Assembly (NCBI RefSeq): GCF_001194135.2 | Contig: NC_068991.1 | Location: forward strand, 6,747,510-6,811,509 | Origin: Octopus bimaculoides | Taxonomy: Eukaryota | Direction: 5' to 3' | DNA length: 64,000 nucleotides | Shown here: piece by piece, positions 12,226 to 25,203 of the stretch | Numbering within the stretch: position 1 is the stretch's first letter | Layout: each line of letters opens with the position of its first letter | Notes under the pieces: model-generated | Databases searched by the model: none | What the model was told of the DNA's origin: nothing | What the model saw: only the letters and a program-made list of their open reading frames with translations | Translations under genes and position numbers: made by a program

Positions 12226-13297
12226 GTTTTCGGTCTATATTTTTTTATACAGAAAGTGTTAACAGCTGTTTATATTAATATGGAATTTATACTATATTCC
12301 CTCTTCTGCAATATGTAACATATTTAACATATTTAAATCATTTAACTTTAAAAATGTTTTTACTTTGGTTTATTTAAGTTTTTATACAGAACCACATCAT
12401 CCACTCACATTCTAACACATTTATATCGTGTACCTCTAAGGTTTGATTCTCCATAAGAAAACATCTTGCTTCTCATTTTCGGTAATGTATTTCCTATTAG
12501 CATCTCAAAACACTTTACATGTGCGTGTGTTTATGTGTGTGTTTGTCTGTTTCTATATGCGTATGTCTGTGTGTGTGCGTGAGTGTACGTGTGTTTAACC
12601 ATATTTAAACTCTGAATAATCTACACCTGTAAAACATTACGTGGGGAGCTGAACAACTTACGCTTGATATTATCAAAATATTTGATGTATGTTAATCCAT
12701 CCACATAAGGATTGCACGTTAAAATTAAATCAGTTTTTTTATAAATCTACAAACAAAAATTCATACGATGTTTTTTCAGTATACTTCCCAAGAATATATA
12801 TATATATANNNNNNNNNNNNNNNNNNNNNNNNNNNNNNNNNNNNNNNNNNNNNNNNNNNNNNNNNNNNNNNNNNNNNNNNNNNNNNNNNNNNNNNNNNNN
12901 NNNNNNNNNNNNNNNNNNNNNNNNNNNNNNNNNNNNNNNNNNNNNNNNNNNNNNNNNNNNNNNNNNNNNNNNNNNNNNNNNNNNNNNNNNNNNNNNNNNN
13001 NNNNNNNNNNNNNNNNNNNNNNNNNNNNNNNNNNNNNNNNNNNNNNNNNNNNNNNNNNNNNNNNNNNNNNNNNNNNNNNNNNNNNNNNNNNNNNNNNNNN
13101 NNNNNNNNNNNNNNNNNNNNNNNNNNNNNNNNNNNNNNNNNNNNNNNNNNNNNNNNNNNNNNNNNNNNNNNNNNNNNNNNNNNNNNNNNNNNNNNNNNNN
13201 NNNNNNNNNNNNNNNNNNNNNNNATATATGCATGTATGTATGTATATTTACTTTCAACTTTATATATATATAGTGAGATGATAGATAGATAGAGATA

Positions 13298-13360
<63 letters not shown>

Positions 13361-13461
13361 GCTGACATTATTTTTCCTCCTCGGTATGAACAATGAAATT
13401 TCCAGCATAAGTAACTCCTTTCAAAGCTAAATTCAAACGTTTTCAATGTAGACCGATTTAC

Positions 13462-13499
13462 CTTCAGTTTGTTTCTTCTTGGTATCAATTCCTTGCTCC
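13462..13499 (-). CDS. candidate 38-nt exon (R)EQGIDTKKKQTE(G), phase 2 to 1
   Basis: Good donor AAG|gtaaat but weak acceptor (gaatacgtag); joins in frame to 11626-11701. Confidence 0.2.
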
Positions 13500-14149
13500 C
13501 TACGTATTCAAGGATTCAATTGAGTTTACCAGCAGGCGTCGTTTCAAGAAAGCCGTCACATTATACCTCTCAGTGTGAACCCATGTGATAGATGGATTTA
13601 CAATATTTTCGTGGAATATGAGAAGCAGAGAATGTCAAAGCTGAGAAAACTGGTCATGTTTCGTCCCACTTCTTGCTTAATATTCTCCAAAGCATATTTC
13701 GAACACTCACAAAACATGTGAATTCTGAATATGATATATTTATTAAAGACCTCGCATCACATTAGTTGATATCCATGAAATTTATTATTATTTTTTTAAT
13801 GTTCGAACACATTTATTTTTTTATACATAAACTGAAATGTATATGAAAAAAAAAAAAACTGATAATGAGTATTACTTGAAATGTCTTTTTTTTTTTTTTC
13901 TAATTGTAAAATGTATCATATTTTTTACGTTAATCTCTTTATGGCCTTATGGAATTTATGGTCTTATGCACGGAGAAGTGTATTCATAAAACGCCATTTT
14001 GCTTTTCTACTTACGCAGAACTAAACGGAAATAGCCCAGACGAAAAGAGAGATGGAGAATGTATGCTTATTTATTTGCTTTCTTCGAGCCCTAGGACTCG
14101 TAAGGCCGATTATCCGAATTTCATGTCGTGTACGTGACTAAGATCACAA

Positions 14150-14365
14150 CGTTACCCCTGAACGGGACACCGGTCCGTTGCAGGATTCCAGGCCAGCAAT
14201 TTTGAGGGGACTGGGGTTAGTCGATTACATTGGTTGTTATCGATCCCAAACGGTTGAAATGCAAAGTTAACCTCGGCAGGATTTGAACTCAGACTGTAAA
14301 AAAGCCGGAAGAAATACGGTTTAGCATTTTGCCCAACGTGCTGGTGATTCTGCCAGTTCACCACC
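14150..14365 (-). mobile_element. family B SINE with a V-like segment at its 3' end (chimera)
   Basis: Minus strand: GGTGGTGAACTGGCAGAATC head, GAGTTCAAATCCTGCCGAGGTTAACTTTGCATTTC, tail CCCTCAAAATTGCTGGCC, then CTGCAACGGACCGGTGTCCCGTTCAGGGG. Confidence 0.85.
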
Positions 14366-15023
14366 TATATCTTTATTACAATCTATAAAATAATTCATGT
14401 TTTTTTTAAAATCAACTCGACAAATTTAATATTTAAAAGCGAAAATATTATTAAAAAAACAATTTTGATATAATCTATTTTATATTTATAACCTAAACAC
14501 CGTCTTCATAGAAAATATTAAGCTTAATAGAGTAGAGAAACACAAGCTGAAGTTTAATGCTATTATTGGTTGTTGAAAACCGACTAATATGTCTAAAGTC
14601 TGTAGATCTTTCTAACAACCTGCTCGTATTCTAGCCACGTTCTTCTCTGCCTTCTACGTGTACTACACTGACCTCTAATCCTTTGAACACGCTGACTGTA
14701 CACTAGTAAACTTCTGTATGTATCCAATCAAACTTACTTGTTGCACATGCTTTACATTCTCTCGTCATTTTCAATGAGACTCAAGCTTTGTTTATGTCCT
14801 AAACAATTTGCCTGGCTCTTCTAAAGCTTCATTTCTTAAGAGCTCCTTCATTGTCCATGATTTTTCCCAATTACAACCATTTAACTGTAAATTCAATGTT
14901 TCTGGAATTTATGTCCTCTAATCTAGAAATACTATGTGTTTCTTTTATCTTGCTTCTTACTCTGCTTTGATAAAGGGTTAAAGCGAATGTTTAGTCTACT
15001 CCTTTTCCTTATCCTCTTTTCAG

Positions 15024-15103
15024 TGTACTATTCACTGTGCACAACTGTGAACGAAGAAAGAAAAGGGCAGACTGCCACAAAGGATTACATAGACATTAGG
15101 TTT
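15024..15103 (+). CDS. candidate exon YYSLCTTVNEERKGQTATKDYIDIR(F)
   Basis: Strong acceptor (ttttccttatcctcttttcag); donors at 15100 (gtttgt) or 15104 (gtgagt); open in the phase-1 frame. No recognised homology. Confidence 0.3.
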
Positions 15104-16779
15104 GTGAGTTTAAAAAATTGATTTAGCAACTGCCTACAGGCAAAGCGTAGGATATAAACAGTTCAATTTCAAGGAAGCCACTTAGGTAATTCACAAAAAA
15201 TGTGATGAGAACAGAATAAGAAGAAAGTACCCCGTAGGCCTAATAAAGAATTAGGTTCGAAATTCCAATATAACAACCGAGTCCAACACAAAACACTCGA
15301 AGAAGGCCAGAGTGTAAAACAGTCTCAAAGTAGTGAAAGTAAAAACCAAGAGTTGGAAACCAGTCCGACTGATATAAACAGTACACAACTTTTAATGTTA
15401 TTTGTGTACGTGTTTCCAGTTTTGTCCATCACTCTTCAGATTTTCGTCTACCTCTTGTAACCTCTCGTGTTGGTCATCAGTCAGTCTGTTATTTCTCTAT
15501 TGCCGTTTCTGCTATTTCACCTATAAAGGTTTATAAGTTTACATTTCCTCCCATTTCTTTCAGAATAAATGGTGAAATAGAAAACAAAAAGTTATCAGTC
15601 ATAAACATTAGAGCAGGAACGAAAATAAACAATAAAAATATCAACATCTGCAAGAACAGTTGCATTGACAGCCACCACCACCACCACCATACCGGCAGAA
15701 CGAGTAGCACCATCAACAGCTGCACCAGTACCAACTATACAGATCCAAGAAACGCAATAACTAAAAGCCTCGAATGAAATTCAACGTAAAGCAACATTAA
15801 TAACAAACTCAACAACACCCTCGTACACAGAGATAAAATCCTAATGACTATCCAGGCATTCGACCTTTTTTAAATTACACCCAACTGCTAACACCCAACT
15901 GCTAAAAGCCAACCGAATTATTCTGAATCCTCCCAACATTCCAGAGAACGGTAGTAAACCATTAACATAAATGTTTGCATAAAATTTCTCTGCAGCACGT
16001 AACCAGCTTGCTCATAGACTATCCCAACTTGAAATATTCTGTCTAATAAAAACCGTTTACCGATTTCAGAACGTCGGGGGTAATATACTAACTAATATGT
16101 AGAGAAAACACCCATTGTAGGCGGGTATTAAATAGAATGAATTTCGTAGGATATACTATTTCATCCGTATGAGCTAAATTTTTCTGTGTAAAAACCAAAC
16201 AGCAATGAGATGTTGTTTAAAGTTTTAAGTTGCACAGAAAAAGCGAAATGAGAGAAGAGAGCGGAGACGGAGAACGCAGTCGACGCTAATGGAAGTGTTT
16301 GGCTTCAGTGAGCGGCCATTACATTAGGAAATATCAAAATCAAGCCCGCTGTTGTAATGTGTTAGATATATTTCTGAGTCAAAACTGAAATGCATCCCAA
16401 ACATAAACAGTAATTTTACTAGTTTTTTAGATGTTGCAGTTATTACTACTGCTACTGTTGTTGTTGTTATTGTTGTAAATAAATTAATAAAAAGAAAACG
16501 GAAAACAAAGAAACAAGTAGAAGCCTGGTTAGCAGAAGGTAATCGGGGAAGTTCGTATGCCGTTGGGAATCGAAAATTGTAATGTTTTGAGAGCAAAGTC
16601 CTCCCGAACATTTCAAAATACGCGAATTATTGTTGTTGTTGTTGCTGTTGTTTAGTTTCAGAAAAAAATTAACTATGTTTATTAGTAAGAAGTTTGCTTC
16701 GGGTTCGGTCCCACTGAGTTGCACTTTGGATGTCTTTTATTATAACTCCGGGTCAGCCAGAGACTTGTGAATGTATATA

Positions 16780-16813
<34 letters not shown>

Positions 16814-17269
16814 CATATATATGTCGATTATGAATCTTTTCTTTTACTTCTGTGCTGCGTCATTTAACAAACCGGTCTGTCTTTCTGTCTTAAAAAATGT
16901 CGGTAGGAGAAACCTAAAAATATGTTTATCTAATGCCACACACACACACACACACACACACACCCAGAGTCATCGTCAACAATATAAATACAGGATCTCT
17001 TAAATCTGTGTTTAGTTACTTAAGCTCGTCATGCAAAATTACTCCTACACATAATCTAAAACAACTTTCATGAATTAAAACACAGATTCCCACCTACTTA
17101 CGCAAATATATTTGTATAAGCAATAATGAAATGCCATTTGTACACAGTGCAGCATAAGCTAATGAGCAAATCCTCCACTTGATCGAAATATCAAGTTTGG
17201 AACAGGTTGTTATAATACTTAACAGACAGATATTTAAAGCCTCTTTGATAATTATAATTCATATTAAAT

Positions 17270-17705
17270 AGACGCAGACGTGGCTGTGTGGTAAGAAGCT
17301 TGCTTCCCAACCACATGGTTCCGGTTTCACTACCACTGCGCAGCACCTTGGGCAAGTGTCTTCTACTATAGCCTCGGGCCGACCAAAACTTTGTGAGTGG
17401 ATTTGGTAGTCGGAAACTGGAAGAGGCCCGTTGTATATCTATGTATATATTTGTGTGTGTGTGGGTGTGTATGTGTGTGTGTGTCCGTCCGTGTTTGTCC
17501 TCGCACCATCGCTTGACAACAGATGCTGGTGTATTTATGTCCCCGTAATTTAGCAGTTCGACAAAACGCACAGATAGAATAAGTACTAGGCTTACAAAGA
17601 ATAAGTCCTGAGGTTGATTTCTTCGACTCACACCCTTTAAGGTGGTGCTCCAGCATGGCTGCAGTCAAATGACTGAACCAAGTAAAAGAATAAAAGAGTA
17701 AAAGT
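17270..17705 (+). mobile_element. full-length tRNA-derived SINE family A (CORE-like); probably one of the described Octopus OK/OR SINEs
   Basis: A-box TGGCTGTGTGG, B-box-like CGGTTTCACTACC, CORE-like ACCTTGGGCAAGTGTCTT (compare MIR ACCTTGGGCAAGTCACTT), internal (TA)/(TG) tract, 3' domain and (GAGTAAAA)n tail. Confidence 0.93.
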
Positions 17706-17974
17706 ATATAATGTCTACGTGCAAACTGGCTAGTAGCGGATATATCTTGAAGTCACAACTGCTCCCCATTCAACCTGACCAAAAATGGTCTAACTTCCTC
17801 TGCATGCCGTGTCATACAAGGCGCATTACTTAGTTCTGTGCCATTAAATGGGTAGCGATTCTGTAATTTCAATAAATGATGTTAATTAATAACATCATTT
17901 AAGTAATAACTACATGCAAAAATTTGCCAACTCTGGGAATTCAGACATGCTACGCACACATACACGCGTCTGTA

Positions 17975-18033
<59 letters not shown>

Positions 18034-18576
18034 TTGTATATATGTATATGTATAAATATATATATATTTGTATGTATGTATGTATGTATGTATGTATGTA
18101 TACACAGCGTATTCTTACAGAGACTATCGTGAATAACAATAATTGTCAGTTGTCAGTTTGCTAAACTTCAGCTCTTAGGAATGTTGACAATAAGAACCAA
18201 TTGTTTTAGTTATACTTTTCCAGAATTATGTAACACAAAACTCATCGTGTTTTCAATTACACTGTTCCGTTTCTTTCCCTCTCTTCTGTCCACAGAATGA
18301 TCTCTTCTGAAACAAACTTTGCTGCTACTAAACGCTGCTCAACAAAATAGAACAACAAGAAAAATATCTAATCTTATTGCTTTGTCTATTCAAATATTTA
18401 CATAAACATGTGAAATCACTGAATATAGTTTTCTTTTTCTTTCATGTTGTGCGAGTATGCGCGCACACACACATACACAGACACAGACACATACTCGCAC
18501 ACATGCGCATACACATGTACACATATATGTATAATATATGTATACATATAATATATGTATAAATGATACACACATA

Positions 18577-18630
<54 letters not shown>

Positions 18631-18725
18631 ATCTAATCTATTTATCTATCTATCTATCTCTACATATCTATATTCGTATAGATAGATATTAATCAAATTA
18701 ATATTTAATTTTTACCCTTCTTATT

Positions 18726-18767
<42 letters not shown>

Positions 18768-18836
18768 NNNNNNNNNNNNNNNNNNNNNNNNNNNNNNNNN
18801 NNNNNNNNNNNNNNNNNNNNNNNNNNNNNNNNNNNN

Positions 18837-18887
<51 letters not shown>

Positions 18888-20979
18888 CACCCGTGTGGGT
18901 TTCTGTATAAGTGTGTATGCGTGCGTATATGCTAACACACTATCAAACCTTAGTCCTCCATTACCCCAGCCAAATTTATCCACGTACGAAGCCTATCAAC
19001 TACTGAACATAGTTAACAAAGACTTTGTTGGCTTCAAACAGGCTTCCACATTCCCGAACAGATCGTATTGAATCATCTTTTTGTTCTTGTGGAGACTGTT
19101 TAGAAACCTAATGGTATTAATTGTTCCAATGTAAGGCGGCGAGCAGGCAAAATCGTTCGCACACCGGACAAAATCTTTTGTACTCCACTTCCCTCTCGCC
19201 ATTTCATTGAGTTTCACCCTGCCAAACATTGCCCTGAAAACTTTGCTAAACCCGTTGTTTCCAGAACTGAAACCGTCTGGAATTTCCTCTCTAACTACGT
19301 TTATCCTACATTTTACCAGGTCTCTTTTGAATGTTACCATCGCCCACCAAGTAATATGTATCAAGATATTAGTGCTCACACTGTAATGTTCGTTCCTTCA
19401 ACACATTCACAAACCGAAGCAATGCTGTGAACTACTTCCTCTCGATGTTCATTCACTTGTAACTAATTTAACCCCTTCATTCTGATGATTGCTTTTCATG
19501 ACGCCGAATACTCTATCCATAACATTTAGGCTCGGGGACATTAATTACATCGTACCCCAATGTTTCATTCGAAAGTGCCAGTGGTTGATATAAAATTAGT
19601 TAAAAGTCGAAACCAGGCATGCGTGCATAAATAAAGCACTATGTCCCAAATATTAGATATATTTATGTAATTATACGTATAGGCATATAATTATACATGC
19701 CTTGTGACCATCTGTGTTAATGCCTATTAAATTACATTAGAGATACATTGGTATCCAAAGCTGAAGTACTTAACTAAACTCGAATACATTATTCCCATTA
19801 TGGATTTAATGTTACACCGTAAGTCGTGGAAAATATTTGCTCTCTACTGCTACTACTGAGGATGTTTGTGAATCGAGTAAATGAGTATGGACAGTGAGTC
19901 CAAGCTTCTGCTGTTGATCAAACTCCTGGATTTACTCGTGGTCTACTCCGAGTGGTCGACTATCATAGAGGAGACAATCCCTTCTAGATTAAATTAGTTT
20001 GAGAGTTTGGAAGTTCGAAATTTAAATTAAAGAGTAAAAAAGGTGTACAGAGTATACACATTTAATATTTCTCTCTCATACGCGTTATAGAGATGTTAAT
20101 ATTTCCAGTCGTTGGTAGCCACGTACAGCACTATTTCATTCCTCTTTCGTATCGTCTGCACGGCAAAACTCGAGGCAAATAAATTAAGCGAAATCAAACT
20201 GATTCTATTATTGATTCTTTAAAACAATAATCCTCTGGGCTTGTTCTTGAAAAGTAAAAACGGAAATGAAAATAATTAGGGCATATACTAATTCAGACTT
20301 GTACTCCAGCTTCTGTTTGCAGAAAAAAATTTGAACCCAGCCACACAAGATGACAACATGCCCTTCGGTAACATAGCTCTTCTGCCGCATTATTGTCATG
20401 AGCAGTACTTCAGCCTGGAATTTAATTATAGCTAACCGGACTGAATCAGGAAGTCTTACTGTTTTAGTTGGTGGCACAACAGGTGAATACTTATTAACAA
20501 ATAAATACAGCTAAAAGACTAATGTTGGGATTTTCTGCCCACAAATCTACACCCCTGCCTTACACACACACACACACACACACACACGTATGTCTATATA
20601 TATATATATATATGTATGTAGATAGGTAGGTATGAATTCCCTGGACTGACAAGTCCGAAGGAGTTATGTCCGGCCACTTAGAATGACGAGCGCAAAGATT
20701 AGTTTCAGAGTGAACAAGCAATTGGTCCATAATCATTAACTCAACAAAATATATTTTGTCGGACTAACGATTATAATTAAAAGTGTATATGTACACACAC
20801 ACACACACACACACAAACATCACACGTACATATATACATACAAACATACATACATGCATGTATGTATGTATGTATGTATGTATGTACGTATTGATTAAAT
20901 AGGTGTTAATTTGTTATATGTGTGTGTATATATATATATATATATACATACATACATATATGCATACATAGACATATAT

Positions 20980-21012
<33 letters not shown>

Positions 21013-21259
21013 CATATATAGATACATATACATACATACACACACATATATATATATATATATACATACATATATATGCATACATACATNNNNNNNNNNT
21101 CACACGTACATATATACATACAAACATACATACATGCATGTATGTATGTATGTATGTATGTATGTACGTATTGATTAAATAGGTGTTAATTTGTTATATG
21201 TGTGTGTATATATATATATATATATACATACATACATATATGCATACATAGACATATAT

Positions 21260-21292
<33 letters not shown>

Positions 21293-21392
21293 CATATATA
21301 GATACATATACATACATACACACACATATATATATATATATATACATACATATATATGCATACATACATACATCTATACATACATACATACA

Positions 21393-21424
<32 letters not shown>

Positions 21425-22448
21425 ACAGCATATTTTTGCTTGCATACTAAATTAACTTCTCTCTATGTCTGCGTGTCTGCGTGCACTGAGCGTCAACGTT
21501 ACGCATGAAGAGATGCTCTGTAATCTGCATCATCGAACTCTCTCATCACTTTTGTTTTCGAGACTCCCTGCACTGCCACGTGTGGTAGCATCCTGCGTGT
21601 GTGTGTGTGTGTGTGTATGCATGGCTGATATATATTGGTCGTGTGTAATATTATTATATATTGGCTAATCAGTTTAATGGCATTCCCTGCTTTTACACTC
21701 AAGCCGACCCATATTTCTTTACGCGATACGATAACCGGCAAGAATTTCATTAAAACTGTTTCAAGACAAACACAGAGCATCGTTTTTCTAGCGGAGGAAT
21801 TCAATCGTGACTGTCTGACACCATAAAAGAAACGGCAACCAAATCAATGAAGCTATATCAAATGAAGAAGAAGAAGAAGAAGAAGAAGAAGAAGAAGAAG
21901 AAGAAGAAGAAGAAGAAGAAGAAGAAGAAGAAGAAGAAGAAGAAGAAGAAGAAGAAGAAGAAGAANNNNNNNNNNNNNNNNNNNNNNNNNNNNNNNNNNN
22001 NNNNNNNNNNNNNNNNNNNNNNNNNNNNNNNNNNNNNNNNNNNNNNNNNNNNNNNNNNNNNNNNNNNNNNNNNNNNNNNNNNNNNNNNNNNNNNNNNNNN
22101 NNNNNNNNNNNNNNNNNNNNNNNNNNNNNNNNNNNNNNNNGAGGAGGAGGAGGAGGAGGAGGGAAGTGGTGGGAGGAAAAACATGTTCCAGACAATATAT
22201 ATAACTTCTATTCATTCAACAGTTTCCAACATTTCCTTTTCAGACACACAGACAGAAAGATACGCTCAGACACAGTGCGTGATGCCGACCAACATACATA
22301 CAAACAAACAAACATACATACATACATACATACATACATACATACATACATGTACAGGCAGTTATATGTTTGTTGCTAAATAACAGTCGCCTGGCAGCGC
22401 AAAATCGATTCTTGTAGTAAAATGTTATCACGACAATTGCTAATATTT

Positions 22449-22479
<31 letters not shown>

Positions 22480-23119
22480 CAGCAGCAGCACCGTGAACAG
22501 CAGCGAAGCACTATCATTATTACCACGTAATAATAATAGCACACACACCGTCACATTGGCTGAACTAGACTCATGCATGCAGCCATCATCAATCTCTGCG
22601 GCAACAGGCATTATTATTATAGACAAAAACTGCAGAGATGGATACAATTGGCTGCATAAATTTGAATCAAAATCTTCAACTAGGAAACGAGAAACAATGT
22701 TCATTCAAAAATATACGGTAGTAATTTGATAAAAATGAAAAAAAAGGGGAAGGAAACAATAGATCTATAAGCTCTATAAATGACTTGTTTTACACGGGCA
22801 AATCTTAAAATCCGTTCGGAGTCTTAAAATTAGAAAAAGAAGAGAAAACAAAAACATTATAAAGCTAGCAAATTAGAGAAACGTTCAAATGTTATGGAAT
22901 TGATTAAGTATTGTTACTGCAGTCCAGCTCACTGCATTAACAATATTGACTGTGAAAAGCTAAAAGTTTGGATTTTTTGCAGACGAAGGACGTCATGTGA
23001 CATTGTGATTGATGGTGATTGTGGTGGCGTGATGAGGACTGTCGTAATGATCTTAGAGAGCGTAGTGAAATGAGATTGAGTCGTAATTCTACGATACCAT
23101 TACAGAGAGAGGCAGAGAG

Positions 23120-23410
23120 AGAGAGGAACATAAACAAACCAACAATGGTTGTCAAGCGGTGGTGGAGGACAAACACAAGCACCAAGACACACACACACAC
23201 GTATATATGTATGTATGTGTGTGTGTGTGTGTGTGTGTGAACCTTGCTTCCCAACCACATGGTTTCCGGTTCAGTCCCACTGCTTGTCACACCTTGGGCA
23301 AGTCACTCGTACTATAGCCCCCGGTGCGACCAGAGCCTTGTGAGTGGACTTGGTGGGCAGTGTTCCAACACGGCAGATGGTCTAATGAGTGAAACAAGTA
23401 AAAGATAAAA

Positions 23411-23412
<2 letters not shown>
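23120..23412. mobile_element. family A fragments: minus-strand middle (23120-23200) and internally deleted plus copy (23240-23412)
   Basis: GGTTGTCAAGCGGTGGTGGAGGACAAACAC; then CTTGCTTCCCAACCACATGG...ACCTTGGGCAAGTCACTC joined directly to the tail GAAACAAGTAAAAGATAAAAG. Confidence 0.8.
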
Positions 23413-23476
<64 letters not shown>

Positions 23477-23512
23477 CACACATATATATACATACACACA
23501 CACACACACACA

Positions 23513-23561
<49 letters not shown>

Positions 23562-23934
23562 CGAAAGTAGGGCGGGAATACAAATGAAAAATTCCAATTG
23601 TTGTAGGAGAGAGAGAAGCGACTGCAAGGTTAATTGTTTGATTAAATGGAATGTAAAGATAGGATGGTTCTGAATATATCTCTGTTGACAGTTGGGATAT
23701 TTCGAATTTGAGTTGACATTTCGTACTGGTGTCACAATATATTTTGATAGCTGTTTTGTGTGACCTAACGAAATATTATAGAATTGAAATCCCATAAGAG
23801 TGAGATTGAGCCTTAGAGATTGCTCCGAGTCACATCATATTGTAGACCTTGCTTTGACCGATTTCTCATTTTTTTTTTTTTTTTTTGAAGTAACGTTTTG
23901 ATATACATGTTATTACTATATGACAGCAATTTTG

Positions 23935-24068
23935 TTATGTTTGCTTTACAACCACATGGTTTCTGATTCAGTCCCACTGCGCGGAACATTGGCCAAGAGA
24001 CTTCTACTACCGAGCCGACCAAAGCCTTGTGGGTGAATTTAGTAGACAGAAACTGAGTAGAAACACGT

Positions 24069-24070
<2 letters not shown>
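23935..24070 (+). mobile_element. 5' half of SINE family A
   Basis: CAACCACATGGTTTCTGATTCAGTCCCACTGCG...CCGACCAAAGCCTTGTGGGTGAATTTAGTAGACAGAAACTG. Confidence 0.8.
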
Positions 24071-24124
<54 letters not shown>

Positions 24125-24940
24125 AACAAACAAACACAGAGAGAGAAAGAGAAAGAGAGAAGGGGAGAGGCAGTTCTGCGAATAAACAAGTTACATATAG
24201 TAAATATAACAGTTTGGATATTTATATATCCATCTTGTTTTGAGTTAATCGTAGATTATCTCGTAGCTTCAAGATTTCGATGGTGTGACTGTTTATTTTT
24301 AGAATGGCATTGTAGGGTAGGTGTGACATACCACATCTTGCTGGTTTGAACAAGTAGGATATTTGGACTGGAAATGGCTGGTCTAAAAACTAAAGGGTTA
24401 AATGATAGACCTCTATGTTTACAAATATTGAGACAAATGTGAAATAAAGAGAAATAGTACGGAAATTGTGTATTAGTACAACACACTTCAATATATACAC
24501 CCCACGTGAAATGGAGAAAAGTCAGTCCACTTCATGAAGCACTTGGGGTATAGTTAACAGCCAGACCATTAGTAACTTCCTTTTTTACAAGACTAATTAG
24601 TCTACTTGAAGAATAAATCTCAGCCAAGGATCGGTTTTCACTTGCAATTATCAACTGACAGCAAGACAAAGCAATTCAAAATATGATTTAACTAGTTTTG
24701 AGAAAAGAGCTGCTAGTGACCTGCCCACTGAAGGGCTTCATACTTCGTAAAGCATCAGCTGGTATAGCAACTAACGATTGGGCAAAGGTACTTGACCACT
24801 TGACTGTAAATAGCCACGAAGGGCGAACCAACGAGAGGGTCCAACGTCGTCGTACGGCCAACTAGAAATAATAAACAAACCTTCGTCTAACCACACCCTA
24901 CTTGTATTTAAAAAAAACAAATTGTGACTGCACGACTAAT

Positions 24941-25203
24941 TTTACTCTTTTTTTTACTCTTTTACTTGTTTTAGTCATTTGACTGCGGCCATGCTGGAGC
25001 ACCGCCTTTAGTCGAGCAAATCGACGCCAGGACTTATTCTTTGTAAACCTAGTTTTTATTCTATCTCTTTTGCCGAACTGCTAAGTTACGGAGACGTAAA
25101 CACACCAGCATCGGTTGTCAAGCGATGATGGGGGGACAAACACAGACACACAAACACACACACACACACACACACATATACATATATACGACGGGCTTCT
25201 TTC
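24941..25203 (-). mobile_element. SINE family A, 3' two-thirds, well conserved
   Basis: TTTACTCTTTTACTTGTTTTAGTCATTTGACTGCGGCCATGCTGGAGCACCGCCTTTAGTCGAGCAAATCGAC...ACGACGGGCTTCTTTC. Confidence 0.9.

Noticed and set aside
18996-19379. 127-aa ORF
   Set aside because: It crosses a family B SINE head (19134-19175) and has only a weak RTE-like resemblance.
19739-20510. Further splice-bounded open frames on both strands (19739-19818 +, from 20323 +, 20459-20509 -)
   Set aside because: They are mutually conflicting and weakly bounded, and they show how often chance exon-like signals occur here.
20820-21369. Exact ~270-bp tandem duplication
   Set aside because: The two copies (20820-21089 and 21100-21369) flank a 10-N gap, the typical signature of unmerged overlapping contig ends.
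22240-22704. Membrane-protein ORF on the minus strand
   Set aside because: The hydrophobic segment is an (AGT)n microsatellite and the C-terminus is (TACA)n.
23647-23668. miR-1-like TGGAATGTAAAGA
   Set aside because: Only 13 nt match and there is no complementary 5' arm.
24716-24737. miR-745/miR-22-like GACCTGCCCACTGAAGGGCT
   Set aside because: Mismatch in the seed and no convincing hairpin.
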